From assembly GCF_009914755.1 (NCBI RefSeq), contig NC_060929.1: DNA of 64,000 nucleotides. One strand, written 5' to 3'. Source of the DNA: the human T2T-CHM13v2.0 reference genome, Homo sapiens. Positions 27,401-41,333 of the stretch are shown here, piece by piece. The stretch's first letter is position 1. Each line of letters starts with the position of its first letter. The position numbers were made by a program, and so were the translations under genes. A model generated the notes under the pieces. That model made no database searches, was not told the DNA's origin, and saw only the letters and a program-made list of their open reading frames with translations.

Positions 27401-28049
27401 ATCAGTCATTTTGCAAGAGTAATACATCTTGGACTTGGTTCAGAGGGGTATAAAGAAAGGACAGGTCCATGTGGTGACCTTCACTCTGATCAGAACTAAG
27501 ATGGTTATGAAGATGTGACCCATCAGCACTAACTAGGAGACTGTTTATGAGATGGCCAGTGAGATTTTTATTTCTTGTTATCCAGCTGTAAATCAGCATT
27601 AAAAGAATCTTTGTTTCAGTCCAAGTATCTAGAAAATAACAGCTTTGCCATGTAGTGGATACAATGCTTTTAATATATCATGTGGCTTTGAATTTTTTTA
27701 ACCAAAGAAGGTCATAACATTTCATTAACACTGTTGCTTTTATGGCAGTGGTTCATGATTTGTCAAAGGCTAAGCTGAGTCTAGCTGTAATTGGAAAGTA
27801 TCTTCTTAACGAAAGTATTATAATATGAAACAATCAATGGAAAAAAATTTGTAAATAAAAAACCTTCTATAGATTTTAAAATGGAGGAAAGAAAACACAT
27901 CTAGTGTTTTCTTTATTGCCTTAAAATGCTTCTATTCAAATAGTAAAAAACTTAAATTGAATCTCAAAAAGTACCAAATCCAAACTTTTCATTTTATAGT
28001 TGAGAAAATGAGCTCAAAGAGGGAGGATAAATGCTTATACTAGTATGAC

Positions 28050-28420
28050 CAGCTGGTTGGCTGTTTATAAAATTTCTTTCTTCTTCCACCTTGATAGTAA
28101 GGTATGACCTTGTGATGAAGTTCTACTCATAAAAGGTGGGCAGATCTGATGTGCTCTACCTCCAGATGGTGCTCATCAGAAACTCTCTGCTTGATCCTCC
28201 AGGCTTTTTACCTGTCTGTTGAACTGAGTGAAGGACCCAGAGGCCCTATGATGTGGTGTAGCTTCGAGAGAAGGAAGCCTAGATCCCTGAATCATTGTGC
28301 AGAACATACTTATCCTACAGCCATATAGGACTGTTATATGAGTAAGCGCTGAAGTTATTTCTTAGGTTATTGAACTTTCCAAGCATATCTATTACATTAA
28401 TTAGTGTTACCTCAATAAAA
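28050..28420 (+). mobile_element. MLT1 (J-like) MaLR LTR relic
   Basis: gaaggaagcctagatccctgaatcattgtgcaga...ggactgttatatgagtaag. Confidence 0.7.
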
Positions 28421-28455
28421 GCATGTACTTCACAGAACAAACTTTCCTCTCTCTC

Positions 28456-28480
28456 TTTTTTTTTTTTTTTTTTTTTTTTT
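28456..28480. repeat. T25 homopolymer preceded by (CT)n
   Basis: Read directly. Confidence 0.95.
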
Positions 28481-28589
28481 GGTCAAAGAAATGAAATGTA
28501 AGTCACTGTTGCAACACCAGGAGAAGGAATACTTCTGCCAACAGCCTAATCTTTAGCCTGATCCTTGGAATGGTGAATTTCTTTCCTCC

Positions 28590-29080
<491 letters not shown>

Positions 29081-29099
29081 TGAGAGATCCTGGGATATC

Positions 29100-29308
29100 T
29101 GTGGTCTCTAAACGTGTTTTGATTGGCTGATGAGATGTGCTTATGCTTTATTTAACTTTATTGCCAATATTTAAAAATTGAGATAGTAAAACTCTTTGAT
29201 TTCTGTATTCTTTTGACACATTATCTGGCAGCATTGGGTCACCATTCTTGCAAGAAAGCCATCAGCTGGAGCAAAGCATGCACTCTACAGTTTGCCCTCA
29301 TTCCCACC
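29100..29308. mobile_element. hAT-Charlie relic (MER102-like)
   Basis: ttaaaaattgagat...atctggcagcattgggtcaccattc...atcagctggagc. Confidence 0.55.
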
Positions 29309-29535
29309 TGTATTATTTAGGGTTTTCCAGAGAAACAGAGCCAATAGGATGCAAATATATATAACACATGCAGAAAGAGAGCGAGAGTGAAAACAAAAAG
29401 GTTAGGGGGTGGGAGGTTATCATAAGGAATTAACTTACACGCTATGGAGGCTGACAAATTCTAAGACCTACAGTTAGCAAACTGGAGACCCAGGAAAGCT
29501 GAAGGTGGAAGTTCCAGTCTAAAAGTTAGCAGGCA
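29309..29535 (-). mobile_element. MLT2 (ERV-L) LTR fragment
   Basis: tgtattatttagggttttccagagaaacagagccaatagga...taaggaattaacttacacgctatggaggctgaca; homologous to 57495-57730 in this window. Confidence 0.85.
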
Positions 29536-29669
29536 AGAATGACAATTATTAGTAATGAATGAAAGTGGGAAGTGTACTAATTAACCTATAGCAATCAAGA
29601 TAATGAGTGAATTTAGGACAAATGTAATCTATTTACGTATTAATTTCATTGGAGTAATATTTGTTTTCC

Positions 29670-29910
29670 TCTTACCATATACCAAGTACTATGCTAAGTG
29701 CTTTGTGTACGTTATCTCATTTAATATTAAAGTAACTCTTTGAAGGAGTTACTGTGATTATCTCCATTCTGCTGAGAAAACAGATTTAGAGAGGTTAGGC
29801 TTTGTCTATGGCCCCAAAGCTAGGACATGACTGAGTTGGAATCCAAACTCAGGCAGACTGGCTTCAGAGTCCAAGATCTTACTTAAACATTATGCTAGAC
29901 TGTCTTCCCA
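29670..29910 (-). mobile_element. MIR
   Basis: tgctaagtgctttgtgtacgttatctcatttaat...gatttagagaggtta...aggcagactggcttcagagtcca. Confidence 0.85.
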
Positions 29911-30249
29911 GATTTACGTGTGTTTTATAAATATGGCAGAAGATGATAAGTAAGTCAAAATTTCAGTGATGGCAATAAATACAGCAAACCAAAGAGAGTA
30001 AACTGTTTGCAAAGTGAATAGTCAATGTTGTTAAATGAGTGGAATTGAGTAAAATTCAGGAAATTACATGATACCAAAGTAACATCATAAAATGAGATAT
30101 TAAAAAATACAGCACACAATCATCAGCACAGAAGTTGGGACACAATAGGAGAAAAGATAGCTGAGACTGGACGAAAACTCATAATTATAGTAAATAAGTT
30201 GTTGCTGTCTTAGGTAATTATGTATTATGGGTACAGTTTCTGTTGCATT

Positions 30250-30395
30250 GGTTCCCAAAGATTCCCTAATCACTTCTATAGATAAGCCAAGCACATTGAG
30301 GCATAATACCATGCTGTGAGATATTACAGGTCTATTTGGCACATTGTAGGTGCTCAAAAAAATTTTGAGAAGGAAAGAAGGTAGGCAGACTGGCT
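30250..30395 (+). mobile_element. L2/MIR-type 3'-end fragment
   Basis: tggcacattgtaggtgctcaaaaaaattttgagaaggaaagaagg. Confidence 0.55.
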
Positions 30396-31499
30396 GTGAC
30401 CTCATAGGAAAATGAAGATAGTAACATCAGGGTTGTTTTTTTTTTTTTTTTCCAGAATAACTGTTTCAAATATAACAGGAAACTGATGAGAGGAGGCTTG
30501 GTTTAAATTTGCAGTGGTCTTACAACTGACAGTCTAAACATTAAAGAATCTAAATGTCGACTACTTGATATTTTATAATATCTGGCTGGCTAGATGTGAC
30601 TGATATTTTGCTCTTTCACAAATGTTTTATTTTATTCATCTAGCTCGAAAATCGATATTTGACCTAATGTGGACTCATGTGGGAAGGAATGTTATTATGT
30701 TGCCTGGCAGATGAGAACTAAAAATTGCAGAGAGCTATGAAATATTTTAAAAGGGCACATTTTTTTCTCCACATGATATACCAAGATTGATTGTTGTCCT
30801 TCGTTAGTCCTGGGGAAGGAGTGGTGTCTCTAGCTAATTATTGTGTCTTTTAAAAGCCTGTCTTGGCAAATTTCTCTCCCCTTTAGCATCTCTCCCACAA
30901 AATTTTTCACTTAAGAAATCAAAGAGTTAAATATAATAGTCTCATATTTCCTCAGTAATATAGTGTAGCACAATTAGATATGCTACAGTGAGACTCTCAG
31001 TGATATGGTCACAGTTTGGGCTGGATGGAATTTAGCCTCTGAGCAGTAAGATACAAGGTCTTGGCTAGTTTTAGTGGCTAAAGCTGCATCTCAACCTTGC
31101 TACATAGTGTGGAATCCAACTGAAGTGCTCAGTCTAAGAACATTTTATACTTTATATTATTGAAAACCATCATGGTAAAAACTCAAGCTGCCCATTTATT
31201 ATATATGCATGTATAACATCTATGTCTATACCTATGTATACATATGTGCATATGTATGTATGTATATCATTATGAAAATTTGTTTTCTTTCCAACTGATT
31301 TAGAAAATAGAAAAATGTAGACTTGGATTTCTATAAACAAACTAGGATGAGAGTGGATGGGCATTTGTTTCTCTGCATTCTCTGCATAAGGGGCTGGATA
31401 CATAGTAATATCTTTACTTAATAATAGATCTTTCAATATGCTGAATGATTTCAATTAATTGAATCTCTATCTGTCTATCTACCAACCAATCATCTAATC

Positions 31500-32020
31500 A
31501 TTAGTTCTGTAAGTTCGGTCTCTGGATCCTGAGGGGGCTCCTTTTGACTTTTTAGGGAGACTGCATTGTCAATGCTATTTTCACGATAGTAGTAGGATGT
31601 TATTGCCTTTTTCACAGTGTTGACATTTACGCGGATGCTGCAAAAGTAATGATTGGGAAAACTGCTGAAATCTTAGCAGAAAGACAGTGACACCAAACTG
31701 TAATAGTAGATACTGCCACACACAAGAAAAATAAATTAGTTTCCTCTAAATACTGCCCTTGGTAAAGCAATATAAATTATTAACTTTATTATGTCTTTAT
31801 CCTTGAGTATGTAACTTTTTAACACTGTGTGACAAAATGGAAAGTACATGTAAAGCACGCCTACTGCATCCTGAAATACCATGGCTGTCTTGAAGAAACG
31901 TAGTTGTGCTATTGACCGAGTTGCAAGTGAATGGAACACCATGTTACCTGAAATATGACTGACAAATACACTATGATTAGTTAATACTTGAGTATTTGAC
32001 AAGTATTTTCTTATAAATAA
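31500..32020 (+). mobile_element. Charlie1a-like hAT DNA transposon: left end plus transposase relic
   Basis: Decayed left end, then gttgacatttacgcggatgctgcaaaagtaatgattgggaaaactgct (VDIYADAAKVMIGKTA, like the hAT TDGA catalytic motif) and ctactgcatcctgaaataccatggctgtct (LLHPEIPWLS ~ LLHTEVRWLS). Confidence 0.75.
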
Positions 32021-32024
32021 ATTT

Positions 32025-32960
32025 CATGTAAATATCAAGTTCCAGCACCACTTGTTAAAAAGATTTGCCTTTCCCCCATTGGATTGCTTTGGTGCCTTGA
32101 TTGAAAAATCAATTATCTGTATAAAATTGCTTCCAGTTTGGATTCTATTCTGTTCTGTCAATCTATTTGTACATTTTTGTGCCAGTACTATTCCGGTTTT
32201 TTTACTGTAACTTTATAGTAGGTATTAGAATCAAGTGGTGTAAGACCTCCAATTTTTAAAATCTTTTTCCAGTTGTTATGGCCATTTGTAGTCATTTGCA
32301 TTTTCATATAAGTATTAAAATCAGCTTGTAAACTTATATAAAAAACCTAATAGGGTTATCATGGAGATAAAGTTAAATTTATAAGTTGATTTTAAAAGAG
32401 TCACAAATATTAAATCTTCTAATCCATAGGCATGTTAATGGCCTTCTTATTTATGTCTTCTTTAACTTCTCTAAGCAGCATTTTTTAGTTTTCAATATAG
32501 TCTTATATATCTTTGCTGAAATTAATTTCTAAATATTTTGTGCTAATATAAATAAAACCATTTTAATACTAACTTTCCAATCATTCGCTCCTAGTAGATT
32601 GAAATAAAACTGGGTTTTATTTATACATTGGCTTTTAATATGAGACTTGCTAAATTCACTTGTAAGTTAGTTCCAGTAGTTTTTCTTCTTTTCCTGTTGA
32701 TTCTTTAAGACTGGCTCTGTAAATATGCATGTAATCTGTGAATAGAAATAGTTTTATTACTTCTTTTTCTGCCTTTGCTTTTCCTCACCTTTTTGTCATA
32801 TTATACAGGCTAAGACTTCTGGTCCACTATTGAATAGTAGTTGTGAATGTGGACATCCTGGCCTTATTCTCCATCTTATGGGTGAAGCACCCAGTGTTTC
32901 ACCATTAAGTATGTTGTCAGCTGTAACTTTTCAATAGATACCACTTATCACATCAAGTCA
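32025..32960 (-). mobile_element. Old L1M ORF2 fragment
   Basis: ttccagcaccacttgttaaaaag...ttttcatataagtattaaaatcagctt...tttcaccattaagtatgttgtcagctgta. Confidence 0.85.
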
Positions 32961-33299
32961 TTATTTTTTAGACATAACTCAATTTTGACTCAAAATGTTA
33001 TTCTTACTTATTACTCAAATTGGTCCTAAATATATTTGGATGTTTAAAAAAATCGAATTCATGCCCAAACAATGTCTTGACATTAAAGATTTTTAAAGAA
33101 TAGTTTATTTAAGATTGGTAGCAAGGCATGTCTTTGAAGAGGAGACATGAAGGATTAAGGGATAGAAATGAAAAGGGACATAAGTTTCATTGTGTATCCT
33201 TTTATATGTTTTGAGAATGTCATTATATTCATTTACTATTTATTCAAATGACATAGTCATATGTAATCTATTCAAATTTCCATTTAATGTTACTTACCT

Positions 33300-33780
33300 A
33301 CTCGCTGTAAGGGTAATTGAAAAATACAGATTAAAAGATTGGAAAACAATTTGGCCTTATTTTGTGAGGCTTAACATTTATCTTGTGACCCAGGTATCCA
33401 ATTTCTATATGTTCTTGAATTTTCATAGTGAAGTGTCATAAAAGCAAAAAATGGGGAAGAGAACTTGAAAGACCATTAGTGGAATAATAAATAAAAATTT
33501 ATTATATAGTCACATAATGGGATATTACACAGCAGTAAACATTAACTTGATCTACAGTTACACACAATAGCACAGATAAATCTTAAGAATGTAATCTTGA
33601 GTGAAATAAACAAGTGTCCAAAAATGCAGACAGTATGATACCTGTTTATAACATTCAAAACTAAGTGAAAGCAAACAATGTATGCACATGTGTGATAAAG
33701 CAGGCAGATAGGTAACACACAATTCAGAATAAGAGTGACCTCTGAGGAAAGGGTAAGTAGGGGCTGGAAAGGAGGATGTG
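33300..33780 (+). mobile_element. L1ME-type 3' region relic
   Basis: tggaaaacaatttggc; cataatgggatattacacagcagt; acagtatgatacc; aattcagaataagagtgacctctg. Confidence 0.7.
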
Positions 33781-36700
33781 CATCACCACAGATGTAGAGA
33801 GACGAGTTGGTGCATTGTCAGAAGTCTGAAAGAACTCATTGGTTTTGCAGAATCGTCAGTGTACTGAAGCTCAGACACCTTTATAGGGTTGCTCAAGATA
33901 TTTAACACCTTTGTTTCTTCATTGCACTTGTCTTAAAAAACTCATTAAAAGATGTCTAAGAATCTTAAAAATATAGTGGTTCTCAAGATGAATGTATATG
34001 TGTATACGTGTGTAAACACATGCACACAAGTCATCTGGTTTTCCCCAAACCCCTTCATAGACAAAATGTTGATGTAAAGCTGATGAAATTTGCATATGAG
34101 AAAAAGCTAGGAGAGATAGCTTATATTTTAGGTGACAAGCAAACACAAACACCCGAAAGAATCCTATGCACGATGCTAATAACAAAGTGAATGTGATCAG
34201 GCATATAAAATGTGGAGAACTGTTGAATTATGACTATGTGGGATTCCCACACTTAACTATAATTAAAAGTTAAAATTAATTATGTTGGTCCAATATGCTA
34301 TCAAGTCTATATCTTTTTATTTTTGAGCCTTGATTCTTTAGTTTAACTGGTAACTGCTAAATATTTAAAACAAACATTTTTGTATTGCATTTTGTAGCAC
34401 TGGAGGTGGATTGGATTAAAATAGAGATCTTTTTAAAAACACCAGTTTCTTTGCCTTAAAAATACTCAGCCTGCATGAGTAACTACAGTAAACATCTAGT
34501 ATTCCTGGAGCATATCTATGTTTTCTGAACAAAGAAAAGACAACTTGTAAGAAAGGTAAAGAGAAGAGTGTCTCAGTGGTGCATTCGATTGAAACGCAGA
34601 AAAGAGAAACAAGAAAAACTAGGGCAGTGATAGAGACCACAGCACAAATTTGCCTTCTGTGCAGTGATGGGGGTAATCAGTTTGCTAGAATAACCAGCCA
34701 GGTGAAAAAGAGCCATGCTGCCACCTAACAGTTTCCTGCAGGGTTTTTTCATGTTGCAGGCCATGTAATCTATGACTGAGCTTTTATAAAACCTTGAACT
34801 TGGTTTTCCTGAATGGATCAAGCATTGAAATCCTGATAGAGATAACAAATAATATGGTTCCAAGTTTATCTTGTGTATTAGCCACTGTTCAAAGAAAGCT
34901 TGATCAACAAGTAAGGCTTCTCTCCCATGAGTGATTTGATGGTCTCTTTAGAAATTGTGACTGTGACTGAAATATTGTAATGCCTCATGTACACAGAAAA
35001 CATATCTAATTATATCCCAGAAACATATAGAATAATTTAGAATGACTTAATGGAGACCTGTACAATAATTTGATGGATCTCCTTTACTGAAAAATTTAAT
35101 CAAATTTCACAACTAATCCCATGGATAATTTATTAATTTTTAAATAATATCCACCAGATTAGTTGAATGGTTTGGATTTCCTGTTCATAATTTTAATTTT
35201 AAGCCAGCTGTTTCTCAGGAGAGAAGACCAACAAACTAAACAAGGCAAACTTACATTTAATGGCATACCTACCAGAGTTCAGAGGGTATGCTTTACAGAA
35301 AGCATTTGCACTTTTTCCTTTAAGAATTTTATTTTTCAGCTATTCTACATATTAATAAAATCAGAAAAATAGTACAAGTAAAATAACACCAATAGAAATA
35401 CATTTCCCCCAAAAGAAACTTTGCATATCAAAACCAAAATTGTTCTTTTAGTGAAAAGAACATTAAATAACATAAGATGTGGTACATATATTGTCCTTTT
35501 TCAAATGGCAGAATTTTCATTGATTCACTCTTATAGCACTATGAGTTTGAGGTAGCAAAACATTTATGGTGGCATTTAAGATTCATATTAACAATATCTA
35601 TGAAGATTATTCTCCATATGCTTTATGTTCATTTTATATATTGCATACATAATTATATGATGATTTATAATGGTGCAGTCCTGTAAAGTGATTTTTCAGT
35701 CCTATAGCTTTTCAGTCAAGTTAGCCTCTAATTTGTAGAGTCCCTCTCTTTCCTGTATCAGTGGCTCCTGCGCAAAACACCATTTCTCATTAAAGGTTCC
35801 CATTCCCTTTGGCAGTCAGGATGAAATCTCTAATCAAGCTCGAGGAAAGAGCCAGAGTTCAAAGATGTCACTGGGTCCCAAGGCTGGTCTTATGTAGCTG
35901 GCTAAAGGTTCTCAGGCTTAACATTCCATCTGTGAAGAGAACTGTCAGGGTCAAATACTCCAATCAGCTGTCAAATAAAGCATATTAAATGAGTGAAAAA
36001 GGAGAGTGAGAGTTTTATAAAGAGAACATAAAGCTTCAATACTCGTTTCAGTCTGTAATTTTAGCAATTGCTCCCCATGAGTACATCAGGTTATGCTAAC
36101 CCTAGAATTCCATTGCTTTTGGAAGCATGCAGTTTTTACACCTAGTGACCTCTTCTTTTCACAATATATCATTCTTCATCCTCCTCGCCTTTTCCTTATC
36201 TTCCCCCTTCCTGCTTTCTCTTCTAAGTAGTACAAAGTTTATGAATGTATATGTAGGGTAAAATGATGTTACTCAACATATTCCTATGGGATTAATGCTT
36301 TCAGAGACTTTCTTTCTGAAAATTAATATCATTTCTGAGACAGTAAAAAGACAAACTCTTTTCTAAGACCTCAAGAGAACAATAAAAAGCAAGCTTGTAT
36401 TTTGAGTTGGGACAAAATTCTACAAAGATGTATATTGCAGATGTCAAATCCAATATTTTGCTCCTGATAAGTATGTAGGACTCCCAGGAGTCTGTCTTGT
36501 AGGAGGAAAGAATAACAGGCTTAAGTCCCGTGATGCAAATGTGAGAAAAGAATTTTGCCCATAATTTTAGCTTAACATTTGGAGAAGGAAGTTTCAATTT
36601 AATCTTAGAAAGTGGATTCTGTCTGTTCTCCTTTCACAAAACAGCAGTACCATTATGAATTACATTTGACTTCATAATGTCCACAATGAAGTTTTTTTGC

Positions 36701-38329
36701 TTTTGATATGTGCAAATAAAAACAAAGGAGATACTTTGTATTTTAGCTCATTTGAATCTTTCACTCCTGAGGGACAGTTAATGCCCTTTTACAGATAAAG
36801 TGTGGCCACAGTTCATGGGTGTATAATATATTCTAATGCTCACCATCACCACATTCTTTGTTGGAATGGTCTTGACTGCATGAATTCGCCAGATTATAAA
36901 ATATTAAGGCTATCTTTGTTCACATGTTTCTTAAAAACATATCAAACTACTTCAAAAAATGGCCCAGAATTTATTCATCCCAGAATGACATCAGAAGGCA
37001 TTTGACCCTTGCCGTCATGGTTTCTGATGTCAGAATCTTCAATGAAAGTATTCCTTTGTAAATCAGCAGTCCATCTATTACCCATAGTATTTGGATGAGT
37101 CAAATGGCTTGTTTATGACATGTTTGATGTTTTGTGAATCCTGCCTCCTGATTCACTTCAAGTACTTTATAATTATATTCCTTGAAAACAGATGCTTTTA
37201 ATATTCAGCCTGAGTGTTTTAGAAGCTACACCAATATTTTGTTTGTGGTATTTTCTGATGCTCATAGCCAAAATATGCTAGTCAACTTCTCAGAAGATCA
37301 TTTTATTATGCAAGAACCTGGGGCAGTTCAGCTTCTGAAGATTTTCCTCCAAAGTGAGATATCTAAACTCTATTGCTCTATGGCAGAGGACCAGCTCTCA
37401 GCATTTTATTTCTTTGAATAAAAATTATGATAAGATTTTTGTCAGATACTGACAAGCAATTTCAGAAAATGATAATGTGGCTCTTGTCCTGGTTTCCCCT
37501 TCCTTCTGTTGGGCTGAAGAGTTTTCCTCAAGCCTTCTCAGGAAGAAGGCCCAATTAACATCACTCATTCTTGTGCCACTAAAACCTGCACAATGATTTG
37601 AAAAAAACACCTCTAATTTGAAGCTGTTAATACAGCTGTAATTTTATTTCTTGAACATTGCCTCTTATAGGGTACTGCCAATCTATGAAAACAAACCAGT
37701 AATAGCACCATTTGAAAACCACCCAGGGTCAATTGTCCTCTTTTCTTTTTTCTAAATAACCTATTAAAAGACTCCTAGCAGCTATAACTATAACTAAAGA
37801 ACTAGCAGTGCCTATTATGCCTGGGTAGTAGTAGTGGTAGCACAGCACCAGTCCCAGAAATATTCCAAACCAATAGTCTAGCAATTTTCCATGCCCAGGG
37901 TACTCAATCTGAGAAAGAGTTTGGCTGTTCGTAAATGAAGAAGTGAAAGGTTTTTATATCTATGATTTTTCAGAATGCAAAATTTTAAAGACAATTTCTG
38001 TCCACTACCATGAGATGCATAATTTTAATATTTGATTTCTGGAGTATTTTTGGCCTTGACATAAGACATATTGTGTGGATGTGTGCTGAAACTGAACTTA
38101 AGAGTGAGTTGTGCAAAGCTTGAAAACATATTGGCAAGGCATGTATACATTTGTATACTCACTTGTGAATTACCACAATTTGTAGGTACTGTTGGTTTGA
38201 AAACAATAATGCTACTAGTAAATAAAACAACTATTTTTTCCTCTCCTTTCTGGACCAGGGTCTCTATCTGCTGATTTGGCTATTTATATTGCTTAGGTGT
38301 TACGTTTTATGCTCTGATTACATTCTATA

Positions 38330-38495
38330 ATGTGCTTTTCTTTGGCTATTAATATGACTATATGATGTATGTTAGAAATTTCTTGAGGAAAGGAACAATG
38401 CCATGTGTTTCTCGGGTACTCTTTAATATTTGATATATTACAAGGCACATAGTGGATACTAAATAAATACTTAATAAATAAGTTAATTAATTCCA
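38330..38495 (+). mobile_element. L2 3'-end fragment
   Basis: cttgaggaaaggaacaatg...ggcacatagtggatactaaataaatacttaataaataag. Confidence 0.65.
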
Positions 38496-41147
38496 TATTT
38501 CTAAGGTTTTACATATTAATGTCTCTGCACAAGATTTTACAGTTTAGCTATTCTTGGTACATAATCTAATATTACCATCTGTCTTTTTAGGGCATTATTA
38601 CAGAAAAAAAATGTATTGTCTAGAGTAGTTGGGCTATGCATTATTCTGTTTAATCAAGTATTCTAATAAAGATTTATTCTGAATATCATTAATGGATTAA
38701 TAATTTTGAAAATTTTTTTCTGCTATAATATGTATTTTAATGCTAAACCTAAATTAAACAAAGTTAAACCTTAATGACTCAATAGATACCTCTTGGGTCT
38801 AGGTTAATCAAACCATTAAAAGAAAGAAATATCTGCTGATAGAGATTTTAATTGTCAAATGATGGTTAGGTAAGCTGCTAATTATGTGAAATGATTTAAA
38901 AAGCTATTAAGTTACATGGAAGAGAAAACGTCCAGAGGAATATGGCTGTATATTTGTGTTTATGTATGAATATATTCTGTAAAGTATTCTTAAAACCCAG
39001 AATGTCAAAATGACACTCATCTTTAATATTGTTCAAGAGTAATTAAGTAGCTAAAATTAAGAAGTTGCCTTGTTCCATCATGGACAGTAAACCCTTTTGT
39101 TGGTTTGTTTCTCCTCATATCTCCCTTTATTTTGCACACCATATAATTCACCCATAATCTCTGCTCCATGCTTCAGAAGAAAAGGTGAAAGGTGGAAAAA
39201 TATTATCTACTAACTGAAGTTTCCAGGGTCAGACAGTAATCCCTCTCTTCTCAAGCTTCAAAAAAGCTTCCAAATAAATGTATGCATTCCCATTGAGCCT
39301 GTTGCCCTCTAAAATAGCTCACCCTCTTCAGAAGGAGCTACCTGCATCCCCTAAACATTGTCTCTCCCATCTACATTCAAACTGTCCTTAGTCTCCTAAG
39401 TGACAAGGGAGAATCAAACTGAGTTGAGAATTTGTCCAACAGGACTACAAATTATCTTCAATATCTTTTTCTGACCACCCACCTTACTCCTAAGGGAACC
39501 CTTTATGAATGAAATTATCCCAGGAATTACTATCTCTGAAAGTGGAAATAACAGGAGGAGTATTACAATGCAGACATACGCAGTTATTATTTGTAACATT
39601 GGCAGGCTAAGTCAAGGTTTTTTTTTCTTTAAAGCATAGAGGGAGATGGATGTGTAATCTCATTCTGTCAAGAATGCTGAAGATTTTCATACATCACTGT
39701 GTTTCAAAATAAATTACGTGCATAGTAGGCTACATTAAACCAACATTCAGCACTGAATGTTTCTTCACCATTGCGATGCTTTTTTATCTCTTGAAATAAG
39801 AAACACATTTAACTTGGTTTCTATGATCATCTTGAAAATAATGCTGTCTTGTTTTGGCATAAAGTAGAAACATATATTTTTAATCAAGAAGTATGCTTTT
39901 CATTGAGAAAAGGGGAGAGCCAGCACCTCGTGCTAACTTTAAAGTGGTTTTATAGAGTTGTGGAGGGTGGACATGGCCCACTTCATCCGTTGGTTAACAT
40001 GCCCACTGCTGACATCAGGGCTGGCTTCAGAGGAATATTACTGAGTGAGGTTTCACTCACTTCTGTCAAGTCTTCTCTCCCACCTCAGGATGAAAAAAGG
40101 GAAATGTCATTTCTTTTAAGCTTGGATGCCATGTTCAGACTTTTCCCACAGGCTTTATTTTAGACTTTTACCTCCTGCACTGCTAATGGGAAATTGCCAG
40201 TAGTGTTGACTCTCTCTCCTACCCCATCAAATTTTCTTTTTTAGCTAAATATGTACAAAAAGTTTTATTGAAACATGCCAAGTCACAGCTCGGTATTCCC
40301 TGATACTACACAAAATGAGTTGCAATAAAAATAGCACTGAAAATCTGAAATTACTGAATGCACCCATTTTTGCAGTTAAATACCATGAAAGACAGAAGGG
40401 AATTTACAATATGCTTCAAAGGGGTTGGGGGAAACACCTCTTCTCAGTCTAATAAAACTTAGTAGCTCGGGGTCACTTCCTAATAGGTGCCATTTCCTCT
40501 ATTTTAATAAAGGTATTTTAGCACCTGAATTCTATGCCAGATACCATTGTCATTTTTTCCAGTGACTGGCTCAACTAAATGCTAGTGGGGGCCAGACACT
40601 CTTCAAACACTGCTGCTTAATGCCAAACACAACTAACATGCATATGGAAGAAGCCAGGAAAAGCAGTAACCTCCCTAATTATAGCCAAAGGCTCAGAAGT
40701 CCAGAGACCATACAGGAACCTCTAGCTTCTGGGGTGGACAGGGGTCAGGAAGCTCCTCCACCACGGATCCCTGAATTGGCAGCTATCCTTCCCCACCCCA
40801 TCAACACAGAGTCATTTTTTGCCTGCCAAATCCTTGTCCAACCCCAATTCAAATCTATTTATACTCGCCTTTCCTATTTCTGGGCTCAGATGTTAGCCCA
40901 TACGGTGTGTTGACCGGCACTAAATGTTACTGTGCGAGACCAGCGTTTGCCAGCTTCCTTGGTTGCTGACAGCAGGGAGACAAAAGTTCTGAATATTCGG
41001 AGGGACCTTAATCTTCTTAGCATAATCCTGGCCTCAAAGTGGTGGTAAGGTTCAACTTAAAAGCACCAGTCTCCTGAAATGGAAGAATTTAAGAGGTTAA
41101 GAGGTGATGCCAGCTGGACTCCTTCGGCCACAGTGATGGATGCCCAG

Positions 41148-41333
41148 CAGTGGTTCTTAAACTGTGGTGGAGGCAAAAATCACCTGGGGAATGTGTCAGT
41201 GGTGCAGGTACTCGGCCTGCCTACAGAGAATCTGATTCAGTCAGACTGGGACGGGCCTAGGAATTTGCTTTGAGTAAGCACTACGGGTGATGGTGATGCA
41301 GGTGGTCTGAGGCTCCGACTATGAGAAGCAATC
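41148..41333. mobile_element. MER5-family hAT MITE
   Basis: cagtggttcttaaact...aatcacctggg...tctgattcagt...ggtgatggtgatgcaggtggtctgag...tgagaagca. Confidence 0.8.

Noticed and set aside
40620-40913. 97-aa ATG-initiated ORF in unique sequence
   Set aside because: No recognisable domain or splice architecture; this length is expected by chance in 64 kb.
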